Positions 62,601-64,000 of a DNA stretch of 64,000 nucleotides are shown here, in pieces (the stretch's first letter is position 1; each line of letters starts with the position of its first letter). The notes under the pieces are model-generated. The model saw only the letters and a list, made by a program, of their open reading frames with translations. It searched no databases and was not told the origin of the DNA. The position numbers and the translations under genes were made by a program. Source of the DNA: Hyphochytrium catenoides (lineage: Eukaryota > Protista > Hyphochytriomycota); assembly GCA_900088475.1 (NCBI GenBank), contig FLMG01001570.1, forward strand, positions 62,001-126,000, written 5' to 3'.

Positions 62601-64000
62601 GGGAAGACAGAATGGCTCAGGAGTCTGGTTGAGAGCAGGATTTGGAGTCACCACGAGTCAAGGACAGCTTAAACAAAGAGAAAAGGAAGTATATGGTAGT
62701 TGCGAAGATGAGCTGCTGGTACAGTTCTAGACAGAGAGATATCAATACTTGGATCTTAAAAGAAGGAGGTAGTCAAACTTATCTTGTTCCCATCCTAGGT
62801 TCATGGGCCTGACAGGCTGGAAAGAAGGAATGAATCATGAGGCTAGTCATGTGCCTCGCAAAAGGCAAAGAAAGTGGGCCGAGGTATGCTTAATGCATCT
62901 AGGGCTTACCTTCCACGGCAGCAGTGGTTACGATCACAATGTGCCTATCTTCCATTTAGATTCCTTCTCCTGACGTCTCTTCTTCTATCTGCAAGCCGGT
63001 GAGGCCGCAGGAGTATCTGTTATGGCTTATAAGTGAGTGACATCTTCCCCATTGTGACAGATGAAGAATCTAGTTCTAGATTCCGATCGAGTGCAAGCCG
63101 CCATCGGGGAGGAGGCGAAAAGATTGGGTGGCGATGGTGGTTTGGCCGCTGCAAGGGCACTCAAAATCTATAAAGCCATGGCGGCTGACATTCAATACCC
63201 GACAGCTAGAGCGCTAGCCTGGTCGCTGAGAAAGGTCTTGTAACCATTTTGCTCTACGCTCTTAGCGCTTTGGACGCGATCTCTTGCCTTCTTTTCATTG
63301 TCGTGCTATTATCTTCTGCTGCCTTGCGGTCTCCTTTTCATCACTGGATGACGTCGTTGACAGAACTTCTGGGCTCGTCCACCTCATGCAGATATGGCGA
63401 AAAATCTACGACGGTATAATTGTGGATGAGCCGGGAATCAATCGGGTCAGACATCTGGCCAAGGACAAGAACCCCATTGTAAGTCAATACTCTCCCTTTA
63501 TCGATAATCTCTCTAATAAGCCATCCTTGCTTAAAGTCTAACACTCCGTTTAGCCCTCTTCTTGCCCGACTCCTTGCCTTGGATCAGTGCTATTGTCATT
63601 ATGTGGTACTGATATCTGTTGTCGGGCAACTTGTGCTTCCTTCTCTGTCAGCACCCATCGCGGTCTCCACCACCTGCCTCCTTTGTCGAACTGTATTACT
63701 TAGAGTCTCAGTCACGAGATTGGTTTGGCTAAGCTTAAACTTCTTTACTCTTTACCTCCCTTGCGGCAGGTCCTCATTCCAACCCACCGCTCCTACATCG
63801 ACTTCCTCCTTCTCTCCTACATCTTCTTTGCCTACAATCTACCCATCCCGTACATAGCAGCTGCGGAAGACTTTCAGAACCTGGGGAAGATGTCTCAACT
63901 TTTGCAAAGGGCAGGTGCTTTTTTCTTGAAGAGAAGAAAGGAAGGAGAGGCTGAGAAAAGGCGAGATGAAGACTTGCTGTACTACGCTATATTTACAGAG
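59629..64000 (+). CDS. Bifunctional fatty acyl-CoA reductase / glycerolipid (DHAP) acyltransferase, FARAT-type; 3' truncated by window
   Basis: FAR: [80 protein letters not shown]. In-frame linker exons lead to the acyltransferase: LIPTHRSYIDFLLLSY, IAAAEDF, GAFFLKR. Confidence 0.9.

Overview
Compact, intron-rich eukaryotic genomic DNA (GT-AG introns mostly about 55-400 nt, standard genetic code with TAA/TAG/TGA all used as stops, about 50% GC, four N-gaps). It comes from a probably flagellated protist (SPEF1 present; SAR/stramenopile affinity is inference only). About 21 protein genes are packed in mostly alternating head-to-head and tail-to-tail orientation: a divergent kinesin-1-like gene, SPT6, a SAM-domain protein, two ankyrin proteins, MTR4, a CML21-like EF-hand protein, BRF1, RCL1, a SIMPL/DUF541 protein, CIA2B/MIP18, SPEF1, a small Cys-rich type I membrane protein, SNF8, mitochondrial ClpP, an orphan coiled-coil protein, dTMP kinase, an RCC1-BTB protein, a METTL21-family methyltransferase, TXNDC17 and a fatty acyl-CoA reductase/acyltransferase fusion (FARAT) running off the end. 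Most notable: (1) the kinesin has coordinated loss of several catalytic motifs (switch I NxxSSRSH to NIDVARGH) but keeps a kinesin-1 tail motif and has a long extra C-terminal region, making it a candidate pseudo-motor; (2) an in-frame FAR-GPAT/DHAPAT fusion implying ether-lipid synthesis; (3) an RGYD-repeat low-complexity tail on SPT6 that the ORF track misses; (4) an intronless bacterial-type SIMPL gene with an LSU-rRNA-like tract upstream; (5) small spliced orphan ORFs divergent from housekeeping genes. No tRNA, rRNA gene, CRISPR array or transposase was recognised. All exon models are manual and approximate.
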